Counted from the stretch's first letter, positions 37,701-51,498 are shown. The stretch is DNA of 64,000 nt from Balanoglossus misakiensis (GCA_040954595.2 CM082592.2:10093677-10157676), one strand, 5' to 3'. Numbers and translations are program-made. The notes: generated by a model from the sequence alone, not told the origin.

Positions 37701-39694
37701 AGACTTAAACAGGATACTGCACCATATAAAGGAAATTGGGCATGTAATGATGATGTTGTGTCCAAAATAATCATTGTTATGGTCATGATATTATATTATA
37801 AACTCAATTCACGATTTCTCAAATTTAAAATGTCTACTTACAGCATTTGTACTGTCAGCTTTCTTTGCATCTGCCTTCTTCTCATCCTGCAAATAATGCA
37901 CACAAATAGAGATGCAAATAACAAGAACAAGGGAACTGGCCAGTGGCCTGTATTTTCAATTACAATGCAAAATCATTAAACATCTAGTCATCCATGCAAA
38001 CTGGACTGATTGCACATACCTTTGGTTTGTAATCCCTGTACAGTTCATCTAAAATGTCTCGAGTTTCTGATGAGGTTGTCTTTAAATGGTATGAAGGGTC
38101 TTCTCTAGCTTTTCTATCCTCTGAAAACAACATCACAGTAAAATTACCACAAATACTCTACCCACATGTTACAAAGGATGACAGCAGACAAGACTGAAGT
38201 AACCACTTACCTTCATCGTCAACTTTCAGACTGTTCTTGACGTGATGAAACATGGAAATATTGAATTTATCCAGATTATGAGGATCTTGTAATGTGATGA
38301 TGTCTTTTCTGGCAAATGGTTCGTCAGACAACAGATCTTTGAAATGCTTTGGTTTAATGTTCAGTGTTTCAACAGCCTGAAAATGCACAGATGTGAAAAA
38401 AATGGGAAAGGTGAAATATCGTAAAATCCAGTGATTAATAGTACCAGACTATTAGCGCTGCTTGACATGTTTCTGGTCTAGACAGAGTACAGTTTTAGAC
38501 GTGTTTCAGTAGTAAGCCTTACCTCATTGGTATACACGTTCCCACTTGGTTTGATGGCCACAAGGTGTGAATTCTTGGTGAATACTTTGTACGTTACAGG
38601 GCAGTGGTACTTTCCTGTTGCAAATAAATCAGTGACATTTTTAGCTGTTACTCCAGACATTTTGTTGTCCTCACGTCAAAGAAGTCTTCTGAGAGATGAC
38701 AAGAACCAAGTACAGACACTTAACCATAAGCAAATCAACTGATCAGTCTATGAATTTACCAAAACTGGTTTTATGGGAAATATGGGCTTGTGGATGATGA
38801 ATACACTCACCTTCTGCATTCTTGTGAAAATGGAGTTTTGTCAATGCCTTTGCCTCCATTGGCTGAGAACAAAATCAGACATATCGAGGTCATTTCTAAC
38901 TACATGTATATTAAAACGTTACTAGTATATCAGTGATAATACAGTCCGTGAACGGTTTTGATGAATTTTGTCAGAATGCACATAACCTCACCTCTCCAGT
39001 AATTGGATTAGTTCCATATTTCTTCAAGTATGGTATGATGCTTGTCAGGTCATATATTGTACCATCTGGAGTGCAGTATGGATGTTCAAATGGTTGCAAC
39101 GACAAACTGAAAAATGAGAATTTACAATGAAGTAAGCTCCTCTGTGCTAGACTGATTTTGATAGAGACACTAAATGACCAAAGTATGGGATAACTTGTTG
39201 ATATATTTTACTAACCTGCAATGATCAAATGGTAGCCTTCTGAAAGCTGCTTTCTCACCAATGTTTGATCCTAGAATAAAAAGGTGTATACGTTGGTAAA
39301 TGAGTGGCAAAAATCAATCTAATTTAAATACATCTGATTTGCCCAAAAGATTTGCTTCTCAAGAACATTCATCCTGGTACCCCCCCCCCCCCCCCCTCTC
39401 TCATAGCAGATCTGGTCTACATACCTGCCTGCTTTCCTCCATACTGAGAGGTCCATTCACTGTACGTGATATACCTGACAAAAAAAGAAAACGACTGTAA
39501 TTCAAATATTGATGTCTGTAGAAGAAAAAGGTCTTCTGTACCAGAGGAAAGTGCAACGAACTTTTAAAAGGGATGTCATTTTCCAATGATCAGTAATAAA
39601 CCACTGCTATCAGAGCAGAGAATGATGGCAGAAAACTGATCAAGCGATCAAAACACACTCACATTTTGTCTTTTTGATGCTGTCTTTTCCCCAT
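34717..39694 (-). CDS. PPIL2: Peptidyl-prolyl isomerase-like 2 / U-box E3 ligase (Cyp60)
   Basis: [18 protein letters not shown]...[18 protein letters not shown]...[12 protein letters not shown]...[19 protein letters not shown]...AHYSTG...[24 protein letters not shown]...[38 protein letters not shown]...GFGNFSAW*. Confidence 0.96.
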
Positions 39695-40309
39695 CTTGAT
39701 ACTCGGTGAATTCTGCCCCTTTGAATGAAAGAATAACTGACAAGTACAGTATAATCAGACGATCGAGTCAACGTCGTGCGTTTGTTTTCAGCCAAGTTTG
39801 TTTTCCTGATGAACAGGAAGTCATTACGGCTGATCTAACTTGGTCCGTGAGAGGGGATGCATTGGAAGAAAACAATGTTGACAGATTGATTGAAGTTCGT
39901 GGGTGTTAGACATACAGTTTATTATTCTATATATAGCCACAGTATTTCATTTGGATAAATTTTCTTTTCTCTACCACAATGTTGGCATCCCAAATGATGG
40001 ATATCGGTGCCCTTCCCTTCGCAATAGTGGAACGGCTTTGATGAAACCCGTTCTGAAATTATTGGAAATTTGTTGTTAAATTATACGAGTTTTCCGTGTC
40101 TTTGGTTCCTTTATAAATTATTTTATTTGAATATATTTAACTGTTTTTATATTCATCGTATTTTATCAGTACTTTCTTACGTATCACAACGGTTTATGTT
40201 TGATACGAACCCACAGATTGAATATATTGGATAGTTTCAGTGTCAGCGAGGGCTTCTCTCAAAACGTACTCTAGCTTCCGGATGTGTGTCTACGTGTATC
40301 GCAAAAAAC

Positions 40310-42134
40310 ATGAAACGTTGGTCCTTAGTTTTGACAGGTATAGTTATAACGATTCTCTGGCATGTTGGAGTTCACAGCAAACCCATAGATTCAACGGACA
40401 GGCGAAATGTTGCTCTTGACGACAAAAACGGACGGCTGTGGACTTTGTTCAAGTCACGGAAAAAAGTAAACGACATCGGTGACTATTTAGTCTTGAAGGT
40501 GGGTACTTCTCCTCCAACTCATCATAGTGTATCAAGTTAGGCGTATATGTCGTGATTTAGTTATTGAACATTATCCGACTGTTTGCTTTAATTCTGAAGA
40601 ATAGAATGCTGCTATGAGTTTAGTGCGTAGAAGTATTTGGAAGTGGATTTCACAAGATCATAGGTGAAATGGACAAGGTGTATGTGATAAGTAGGTCGGG
40701 AGTGGTGATAACATTTGGCATGTACCGGGCCAAGCAAACATGATTTGATCTGGTACTTCTGCATACAACAGGTGTCAGAGTCCAGTTATTTGATTACTTT
40801 AATTTATGAATGATTGATATATTTAATATTGTTTTATTTTCAAAGGGTCAAAAACTGCAATCTGAGGCTATCCATCCACAGAAGCAGCAATTGGCCAGGT
40901 TTAGGAGATCACTGAGTGATTTAGACCAAGCATATAAATCAGTGAAGGAAAGAAGAGCAGGGAATGATGAAACGACGACTGGCAACCCTGAACCTGTTGT
41001 TGGGATTCATGAAGCTAATGTTCAGTCCACTGCTAAAGGTGATGGTCAAGGTCGACCTGGTGTAAATGAAGGTCAAGCAAAAGTTGACCCTGTAGAACCA
41101 TTGGTTCAGGGGCACCAGACTGTTAAACCTGTGACAGAAACACCTGGAGAAAAAGATGATCAGCATCAAAGTCCGGGTCCCAATAACCCTGAGCAAGTTC
41201 AGGACCCAGGTCACGATTACCAAACAACAGTCAAACCAAATGTAGCAATATATTCCACTGTAAAGAAGACCACAGAAAAACCTGTTCCAAGAACAATTCA
41301 CATACAACAGACTGTTAAACCAACTGTGAAATCAACCAAAGCGAAACCCATTCCAGAAAAAGTGGATGATGGTTTAAAACCAGAACAATTAAAGCCAACA
41401 TCCAAGTCAAATCCCAATAAAGTAAGCAAAGTTCCCGGTGGTGTACAGCCGACTGTGAAATTAACAAGTCATTCACCCACTCCAAAGAAAGTGGCTGCTA
41501 TTGATACACAAGCAAGTGATGAGGATACTACAGTCAAAACAACATGCGAAGGCAGTGACTGCATACAGGTACGACTCCCAGGGGCAACCAGCAAGGATGC
41601 CGTGTGGGCTCTGGGAAGCCTTACATTTCTGCTACTGCTGTTGACTGGGGCTGTGTTGTATACTGGACTCTGGAAGAAGAGACACGGGAAACTGAAAAAG
41701 TGGCACAAACATGACAAGAGGGACTCTCTCAGTGTTGCAGGTGTGTGTTTCATCCCATCCCTCTGTAATGTATTTAGCACTAGTAGTACCACGTGTCAGT
41801 AGTTTAGTTAATCACCCAACACTTGTGTATCATGTAGCAGATGGTGAGTGAATGACAAAATGCACATTGCGTCATTCCCACCACTTTCTATACAATTATT
41901 CAAACCTTGGTTGCGGGCTTCTATACAGAAGAGGCGCACATCATGATCGGAACCTATATCATTTCATTGAGTATAGCATTAATCCTTCAATTCCTTTTAT
42001 CCTCACCATCAGCGCTTCTGAAGAAATCCTCCAAGTCTTCAGGCAACGGCTATCATCACGATGGTTCAAGAAAAGAACAACAGAATCTAACAAGAATCAG
42101 AGAAGAAGACACCTCTGATGATGATTTTGTGTAA
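40310..42134 (+). CDS. Uncharacterised type-I membrane protein: signal peptide, furin-like site, P/T/K-rich mucin-like stalk, one TM helix, acidic cytoplasmic tail
   Basis: Exons 40310-40498, 40846-41740 and 42012-42134 join in frame. Signal MKRWSLVLTGIVITILWHVGVHS; RFRR; CEGSDC; TM AVWALGSLTFLLLLLTGAVLYTGLW followed by KKRHGKLKK; ends EEDTSDDDFV*. Confidence 0.8.
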
Positions 42135-42238
42135 CTCTTTCACCACCCCCTTACGTAACAACAGTTTGGTTCAGTCCTATTGTTTTCAATGGTGTGGTTA
42201 GACAGGTCTATAAGGAAATAGGGGTGTGAAGGGGTAAA
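42131..42238. mobile_element. Short MITE-like element, family copy 2, starting at the stop codon of the membrane-protein gene
   Basis: GTAACTCTTTCACCACC...GTTTGGTTCAGTCCTATTGTTTTCAATGG...GGGGTGTGAAGGGGTAAA, similar to the copies at 18454 and 50896. Confidence 0.6.
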
Positions 42239-43526
42239 CATGTCAGTAGAATCTGTGCATATCCCTACTGTCACTATTCACGTGTTTGTATCATTGCAAC
42301 TACTAGTAAATTCACCTTGATAGAAATTGAAGTACCAGACACTGACTGCAGTGTTTTCTATGCATTAAGTGGCTTATAATATAGTGGAAGAAGGTATCAC
42401 TAAATTTTCAAAATTGTGTCTATAATTATAAATCTATAAGATATGTTTAGTATGATAGGAAACCATTCTTATCAGAAAATGTAAGATTTAACAAGCAAAT
42501 TGTATATTATCACTTCTAATAATTTCTTTCTTCAGCAAAACAGCTGATTCTATCATTATATCCACTGGGGGTCTGATATTTGAAAAATTATATCAAATAA
42601 CTTAATATAAAATATTTTTATAATAAAGAAATTTGCCTTAAATATAATATTGTATGTATATCCAAAGATCATTCATTGATCTACTTAAAGAATTGTTTAT
42701 ATAAGTTTTTGTGCATGTGGATGTGAATAATCTCTTTGTTCAAAGTGTAGGGTATGCATTTTTTTCAAAATCCTGTAGGGTTGAGTCTGCCTAAGATATC
42801 GTAGATATAATTTAAATGATCTATCATTTGCAATGCAACAATTTAGTTAAAAAACATTATGCTGCTTTCATGAAGTTTGCAGTGAATATTGCCATTTATT
42901 GAATTTCACAGTTGCAGTATTGTTTCTTCAGCTCAGCTGATTATGTGATATTTTGAAATAGTGTAAAGTAAATTTATTTCTTGCCATTCTAGGTGTCAGG
43001 AATGAATATTAAGTGCAATCTAATTATGTTAAGACTACTGGTATTTTCACCAGGAAATATTGCTGCATCAGTTGAGTTTGTGATTTATCTCCAGGAACAG
43101 CTGAGTTGCATAAAGGAATCACCATTTACCATTTTTCAAATGAGTGAATATTTTTATCACAAAAGGTGAAATAAAAGAGCATATTGTTCTAATGAAATAT
43201 CATTCTAATGAAATATTTTATTCCAAATGCTACAGCTACCATTTCTCAAAGTTGGCAGTGATAGATATATACATTTACAGTATTAAGGTGAAACTATCCA
43301 TATTTGAATGATAAAAGTAAATTTTGCAGGCTAGGAAAGTATATACAGAGTCATACAAGAGAAAAATTTCTTCCATGCACTGCTTGTATATTCAAAACCA
43401 CTTGGGTAAATGTTCAGTGCCACAAGTGATAGTACAATGCACACAGTGAATGTTCACCAGGAAAAGTTTGTGAAGTCTCCTCTGATCTGATCTCATAGCG
43501 AAACTAGTGGATCAATTCGGATCTTT

Positions 43527-45499
43527 TCAGCGTGCCGTCAAAGCGCTGGCCACTGCAGCTACATTTTCCACGTACTCGGTCAGTTCATCTGCAGCACTGG
43601 AACTTTGTAAATCTGTCAGTCTATGCAGTAATCTGGACTGCTGGGCGTTCAAATCATCATCGACCTGTAAGTAGAGGAAGTGGTTAGTTGATGTTGATTA
43701 TTACAGAGGGCTGTCTATACTTTCTAGTAATCACACACCATTGACTGGTGGATGATTGCTGACGTAACTTACCTCGCACAGTGGGATTTTTAAACTCTCT
43801 TCTGGCAGTGGGGGTAAATCCAACTCCTCCTCATAGTCTTCTCTAAGTAAAGGATGTAACTGTGGAATACAGCAAAGCAAAGTTTTAAAATCATTTCACT
43901 GTTGTTGAAAAGATTTCATTTCATTACTCTATGATTTCCCTTGTGATAGGTTGGGGTAGGCTTGTAGTAGTACACTCTAGTATACTGACAGCAGCTACAA
44001 CAGTCTGTGAATCAACTCTCCCAATCACAACAGTACACATCAGATCTCCATACCTTTTTCTTCCAGTTGGCATGGCTGCTATCAAACGTGTCGATATTTC
44101 CTTGAAGTTCTTCAAGTTCATCTTGTTTTGTCTCAACAGCTCTTTCAAAAGAAAATGGATACATGATTAGCAACGTATATTTGTATCTATACTTGAATAG
44201 TATCATGTTGAATGGTTTGAGATGATGAACATACTTATCCAGTTGTTCAGCTTGATCTTCCATCAAATCAATCTGTGTAGAACTTTGAACTAAAACTTCT
44301 TCAAGTAGTTTCTGTCAGAAAAGCAAGAAATACTTCAATACCCTCCATGTAAATATACAATTAATCTGTCATACGGTACCACTCTTTTGATTTCAAATTA
44401 CATCAATTAAAGGCAATGGAAACAATGGTCTCACTCTCTACTCACACAGTGACTGTCCATTTTCTTATAATTGACATATTTTGCGGCTGGTGCTTTTACT
44501 TTTCTCATCTTGGTAGAAATCCTGAAACAGACAAGGGATGTTGCCAATGATGAAATCTGGCATTTTTATTCACATAATCAGTTTCAGCTGAGAACTTTGG
44601 GGTCTGATTGAGGAAAATTGAGGACAAATTACCTATCCTTCAAATTGTTGAGATGATCTTGGACATCATTGTAGCTGACAGCACTGCTATGGCTCAGAGA
44701 GTGCCTTTGGAATAGAAAAAGAGAAGCAACTTGTAATTAGTGAAATCACACAAAACACTGTAAATATGATCAGAGTATTTTGGTAAAACAATTTGGTGAA
44801 TTTCAGACACATCATAGTGACTGTAAGCACTACAGATGATCACTGATCAGGAGATCTTACATTTGAATTAACACAGATGTATAGGACTCACATGATGGCT
44901 TGATCAAGCAAGTTACTGACAAGATCTTGGGATGACTTTTGTATTGGTTTCCATTTCGACAAAGCTTTCGAGGAGACCGTCTTCTCTTTGAATTCATCGT
45001 CCTGAACTAAATATTGGAAACAAATTAAGTGAGTGATTAATGTACAAAATTAACATCAATGAAATTTGTTAAAGTGTTTGTGTTGTATGTCTTCATCAAT
45101 ACAGAGATTATTGGAAGATCTGTTAGGTAGTTTTCCATGTCAAGTGTCTGAAATATTTCTGACCTTTTTGCTTGACTGTTTTCTTGCTCACTCTCTGTTT
45201 TGGCTCTGTCTTCTTTTTCTGTATTTTGGGGTAAAGAGTAGAAAAGATGATCAGAAATTCTACACACAACAGGTGGCATAGTGTACAACATAAGTATGTG
45301 AATACATGTGTACCTTTGCATTTGGTGTTCTGGTTGCAGGACTTGCTCGTTTTCTGTTTGATGTCAATGACTGAACTGCTGCTGACTGTGATTTTTTGTT
45401 CTGTTTCTTGGACTTGGATGGTCCAGGTTTTGGATTGGCTTGCCTAGATTTGTACTGTCGGCTAGCAGGGGTCTTCTGTTTGTTCTTGCGTGGTGGCAT
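43527..45499 (-). CDS. CENPQ: Centromere protein Q
   Basis: Nine in-frame coding exons: basic N-terminus MPPRKNKQK..., then KWKPIQKSSQDLVSNLLDQAIMHSLS...VQDHLNNLKDRISTKMRKVKAP, a coiled coil, and LHPLLREDYEEELDLPPLP...ALTAR*. This resembles the CENP-Q pattern WxPL...HLNxLKxRL...LKVP...LxLP. Confidence 0.75.
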
Positions 45500-45669
45500 T
45501 GTAAAACTGCAAATGTAGTCTACTGAAGAATAGGACTGAAATAAACACAAGATGTTACTGATGATGATGATCATGATGTTATGAGGTGATCAAGTACACA
45601 GGTTGAGTTGTAGAAGAAAGCCACGTAGTGTAGCTCCATTACAACTGCACATAGGATATAATCTTACCC

Positions 45670-45935
45670 GCACCTCGGAAAAAAGTTGCTCATTTTGCTT
45701 CAGTACACCACAATCTGTTTGCGAGTGAACTTGTAAACATTTCGAAAATTGCGCTGTCAAGTTATTGTCATTGTGCGCATGAGTGAAGACCCCTGGATGA
45801 CCTTAATGATATTGAAAAGTGCACTATTCAACACTTCTCAGGATTGGCTATCTGGGTGACATCTTGCGTAAACTGTCCAATAGCTGTATACCTAACATTC
45901 ATGCTATCATGTTCGTATCACATGGCGGGAAAGAG
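45670..45935. promoter_or_regulatory. Putative bidirectional cell-cycle promoter CENPQ/RFC2 (two CCAAT boxes plus an E2F site)
   Basis: ATTGG 45843-45847, CCAAT 45877-45881, and TGGCGGGAAA (reverse of TTTCCCGCCA) 45923-45932. Confidence 0.6.
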
Positions 45936-48176
45936 CAGAAATCTACAAAACAACATGGAGGAGAAGAAAGGTGAGGCGATGGAAGTTGACGATGGTGCAA
46001 GTACCAGTAAACAGAAATCAAAGCCAACATATAAGTCTGCCAAAACGTCGTCAGGCTACGAACTTCCATGGTGAGTGCTTGCTAAGCTGGCTACACGCAA
46101 CTTTGATACATACTACTTGGATACACTGTTACTAGGATACTGGAGGTAGAACTTCTACAGAGTAGAAGATTAAGAGATAATTACTATTGAACATAAAACT
46201 TCTTTGTCAACAGGGTGGAGAAGTATCGGCCAGTGACATTAGCAGAAGTGGTTGGGAATGAAGAAACTGTAAGCAGGCTTGAAGTATTTGCCAAAGAGGG
46301 CAATGTTCCAAATATTATTATAGCTGTAAGTTTGTTTGTTTGTTTGTTTATGTATGTATGTAAGTTTTGGTCACATGAGCTAATCAGGTGGGCCACTAGG
46401 TTACATACCCATCCAACTTTCAGTAGTAGTTGTCAAATTTGTTGTTTCAGCATTTTAATTATTCAAATATTCTTCAATCAGTAATAATAATTACTACAAA
46501 CAACTCTTCTTTTTTGTCCAGGGTCCACCAGGTACTGGCAAGACAACCAGTATTCTGTGTTTAGCAAGGACATTACTTGGATCAGCTTTTAAAGATGCTG
46601 TGTTAGAACTGAATGCATCCAATGACAGGTAAGCTTTAAGTGTCTTGATTTGATTTGATTATGAAAAGCATCACCAGCAGGTATTTGTGAGTTAAACAAA
46701 AACGTATTTTATTTTTCAGAGGAATTGATGTGGTGAGGAATAAGATCAAAATGTTTGCACAACAGAAGGTGACTTTGCCGAAAGGGAGACACAAGATTAT
46801 CATACTGGATGAAGCAGACAGGTATATATTTTTTTAAAATTATGTTGTATATACATTTCTGTGATGGTTGCATTTGTAAGTATATAAACTTTCCTCCATT
46901 TTAAATTATTTTCAGTATGACAGACGGAGCACAGCAAGCTCTCAGAAGAACCATGGAAATTTACTCCAAAACCACCAGATTTGCATTGGCTTGCAATACA
47001 TCAGATAAAATTATTGGTAAGTGTTGTCATGGCTCTGGTGAAATCTCATGGTATTTAATGTCTGTAGCAGTTGACGGGAGTGTATTAACATTAGTGAAGT
47101 GTACACAGCTTAACATTTTTGGTGATGACATTTTCAGAGCCGATTCAGTCGCGTTGTGCCGTGCTGCGGTACTCCAAGCTGACAGATGCTCAGGTGTTGA
47201 ATCGTTTGATGACCGTCATTGAAAAGGAGCAAGTGACGGCTGATGACAGTGGCTTGGAAGCGATTATATTTACATCACAGGGGGATATGAGACAGGTGAG
47301 GGTCAAATTAGATTGGGTTAGCTCTTCCATTGAACATTCCCAAACTTGACACTCTATATCAAACACCAGCACAGTGAAATTTTCGAATGACAATACCCTG
47401 TTTTGTTTCTTGGTACAGGCACTCAACAACGTACAGTCAACATGGCAAGGTTTTGGTGATGTCACAGGTGAAAATGTATTCAAGGTAAGATCGCAAACTG
47501 TGACTAGTTTCTCCCCATGGCATTGATTGTTGGTGATGAACTATTGTCTGACCAATCATTTGTTGTCACGTAACAGGTCTGTGATGAGCCTCATCCATTG
47601 GTCGTTAAAAACATGTTGCAGTTTTGTGCAGATGCCAACATAGATGAAGCGTACAAACTGATGAAGCATCTGTGGATGATGGGGTATTCCTCGGAAGACA
47701 TCATCAACAACATGTTTAGAGTCTGCAAGAATGCACAGCTGCCTGAGTTTATCAAACTTGAATTTATCAAGGTGGGTCAGTGGAAGTCTGCACGCTGCTG
47801 AAGTTACCCTTAAATTCACTTTTTTATTGAAATCACCAACAGAGTGGCTAGCTCTATCGTGCTTGCTGAACTTGAAGTGCGCCCTCTGGTGTTGGCATTG
47901 TGACTGTGCCGCCAGACCTATTGCCTTGTACATACATACTCCAGTACATACTTGTTAATCACCTAGGCTTCTCTTCCCAACCATGGCAGGATTGTCAGCC
48001 TATAATCAGATGTTTACAAATAACTGTGTCCGTCCTCAGTGATCATTCTTTCTTTTTATTTTTTTCCACAGGAGATCGGCTACACTCATCTCAGGATTGC
48101 GGAGGGTGTACAGTCGTTACTTCAGATGTCAGGATTGCTGGCCAGGTTATGTCAAAAAACGGAAACACCAGATTAA
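45922..48176 (+). CDS. RFC2: Replication factor C subunit 2
   Basis: [94 protein letters not shown]; ends [12 protein letters not shown]. The start may instead be the ATG at 45955. Confidence 0.97.
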
Positions 48177-50895
48177 TCTTGACCCTATGGCCTTCTATCA
48201 CTCATCTATAAAGACTTTGGCAGAGGTCAATATTGTGAAAATAATCAACATATCATTGGCTGACTACTACGACAAGATATCACGAATGTGTTTGCTAACC
48301 ATATAGCAAGGAAATACTGCAATGTTAAACAATATCCCTAGAAATCTCTGTTTCATCGTGTACTCTACAGTATCACTCATAGTTTTCCTTTTTAACTCCC
48401 TTTCCCTGAACGTCCTAATCTTTGAATTGCTCCAAACATACTTTGCGAGAAAGAAGTTGCATGCGTCATATTAAAGGGAGCCCTCAATGGCTGAAGTGAG
48501 AAATGCATAAATTATGACAAATGCAAAGCGAGGTGATACTAGTATGTTGCACATGGTGAAGTGATCAGTCATGATGAATGAGCAGGGGACAGGTTCATTG
48601 TGAATATTGATCTGATGGGGAGTGATGTTTGCCCAACACCTGTGACAGTCTGTCACAAGTGAATGACCTTTGACATTGTCGGGTCACTTTGAAATTGTAT
48701 CAGCATGTATATTACCTCCACAGAAAGTGAGGTTTTATATTACGAAAAGGGCTGGGAGCATGCAGGGGTGATGATTTCAGATAGATTTCAGATATGTATT
48801 GTGAGAAAGATATACTTTTTGTCTGTATATTGCAATAAATGTACATGGCATGTTATTCAAACGCTTCACATCTCAAGACATAGTGACTTGCAGGTCTAAA
48901 TCCACTGTTCCTGTCGAACAACTTACCATACTGGCACTTCGCATTTCTGTGAGAAACTGGATGCTTTATGATCAAGATGACCTCAATTCCAAAGCCTTAG
49001 CTTTAAATCAAAGCAGTGTCGCAGATGCGTTGATTGAGACAAGTTTATTGAACTTGACTGATAGGTAAGAAATATCAATATCATCCAGCCTGAGACTTGT
49101 TCAGTCACACTGAACTTAATACAAGTTTAATGTCATAATGGATCGTCGAACAGCATGACTTATAGTTTGTGACTGTGTTTTGTTTGCACATATTACAGCA
49201 ATGCATTGTGGGAAGTGTCACAGCAACACACTGACAAAATGATGTAGTATACTGCAATTAACATTTATTACCTAAATTTGTTTTTTTTTTAGGGAAAAAG
49301 CAAGTATCTACAATCAAATACCAACTCTTGTGTGACAAAAACGAAGACTGTAAAATTGCACCTCTGTTGAAGCAGAAATGAAGTTCATGATCTTGACAAA
49401 TTTTGCTCTGAACTTCAACGATGATTAATTATGGTAAGTATGTGTTATTACCCAATTTCCTGTGGTTAATTGGCCCACTTCCTGTGTTGGGTCAGTCCAC
49501 TGTTGTGGGGGGAAGTTTGCAAGGGTTGTGAGGGGATCAAGCTGGGTTCATTATTGTGTTCTTGGAAAATGACAAAATGGATTGTACCATCCTTCAGAAA
49601 GGAGATTGATTTGTCTCAATCGGTTGAGAGAAAAATGTTTGTGATAGACGGACTTGGTGTAGTGAGATGGTAATCATGAGCACCATAATTATTTTCTGAA
49701 ACATCTCGCCTTGCTAAATTTGCAAGGCTAGTAGAGATAAAGTGAGGGTGAGGGGGTAACTACCACAGCACAAAGACAAACCAACATCCACAACAACCAC
49801 TAGTATATATTACTAATCTTTTCTAGAACTCAAGCACTTCTACAACTTACAAACTTTCGTTTGTCTTTGAACTGAACTCTTTTCAAGATATCGATTTCTG
49901 AAAACCACTGTTGAGTGACATGCAGACAAGTTCATGGCCTCATGGAAATTTATAGTCAAAGTCACCTTGGTGCAACTATAAAAAATACCTGGTCTGTGAT
50001 GGCGTTATACCACATGTACAGAAGCAAATCTTTTTAACATGATCATTTCAAAAAAAAGAAAAAAATAATACCAAATATTTCATATTTTTTACAATCCTAT
50101 AGCATCTACTCGTATCATTGTACTCTTGATAGCTTTCATAAAAATTACAGAAATAAATAGACATTCACAGGAACAACACCACAGTAGCTATACATGCATG
50201 GTGGTAGAACAGTCTGTACACATTTTACAACAGCTGAAAAATAGAAAAAAACCCACCACACACACCAAATGATTTTGAATAGTACTGATGCAGAAGACAG
50301 AACAAGCAGGGGGTGCCACTCCAAGTCTGGAAAGAATGACCAAAAAATCTCCATTTCTACAAGCTTCATATTTATGTCACTCTATCAACAAGCAACCCAA
50401 AACAGCACACCCCTATAAAATGTCTTTTTTTTCAATTTCTTTCATAGATTCTTTCGGAGTCCATGTGTACTTCCAGATCACTCCATTTCATGACAGAAGT
50501 TTTAGGTCTATACCAGGTGGGTGACAAATTCTTTGTAAATAAACATGTACTGTATCCACTATTTTCCATACTGAGGTTCCAACCAGTATCATATTGTTTA
50601 GCTATTCACCCTGTCAAAAACTTTGGCTAGTACGTAACATTGTAAAAAGAAAATTTCACACATGAAATTTTTTTTCCCAAAAATCAATTTGGCATTAAAA
50701 TTCAACCTGAGCTGCGGAATACAATAAACCTCACCAAATAATTCTTGGGTGAAAAAAATGCTTTGCTACAAAACAAGAATTGAACGCTGAACAAAATCAA
50801 TTAAGTTTATCAAATTTGGGCTATATTCCACGGGACATCTTGCAGATCTGAACTGGATAATCACCTTGCTTCCTGAGGCATTGTGTTCTTGAGGT

Positions 50896-50985
50896 TTTAC
50901 CCTTTTGCCACCAAGGTTCAGTCCTCTTCCATTGTTTTCAATGGAAAGTTGGACCGCTACATTGAAACATGGGGGTGAAAGGGCC
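50896..50985. mobile_element. Short MITE-like element, family copy 3
   Basis: TTTACCCTTTTGCCACCAAGGTTCAGTCC...CCATTGTTTTCAATGGAAAGTTGGACC...ATGGGGGTGAAAGGG. Shares its core with copies 1 and 2. Confidence 0.6.
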
Positions 50986-51498
50986 AGTGTTATAATCAAG
51001 GCAGGCATCATCCAAATAAAACACTAGTGACCCACTGATCAACTTTGACCTGTGACCCTTACATTTTCTGTGATAGGACTACAAATGCACTGAAATAACT
51101 GCCACTGTGGGCTTTGTCTAGGGCTGAAAAATGAAGACATATTCTGAAAGTTCCTAGGAATGAAGTATCTCTCAAAAACATTCGAATAATTTCAAAATGA
51201 GAGTATAATTAAAGCAATTTGATGACGTTGCTGGCCATTTCTGGTCATTGTCAATACACCGATTATGACAAATTGACCACGGGGGATTTGAGGGTTGCCA
51301 TAGGGATGAAGGGTTCATGAAATGTAAAACACTTGAAAGTCATGGGTTTGGTGGGTTGACAACGGTTTATGTGGTAGATTAAAAAGCATGTCTGGATTTT
51401 GGTGGGATCCTCCACACAGAGAATATCACCTGACAGCCAGACGAAATATATACAACAACTATGAAAGATGGAACATGCAAGCCTGAAAGCATACACAT

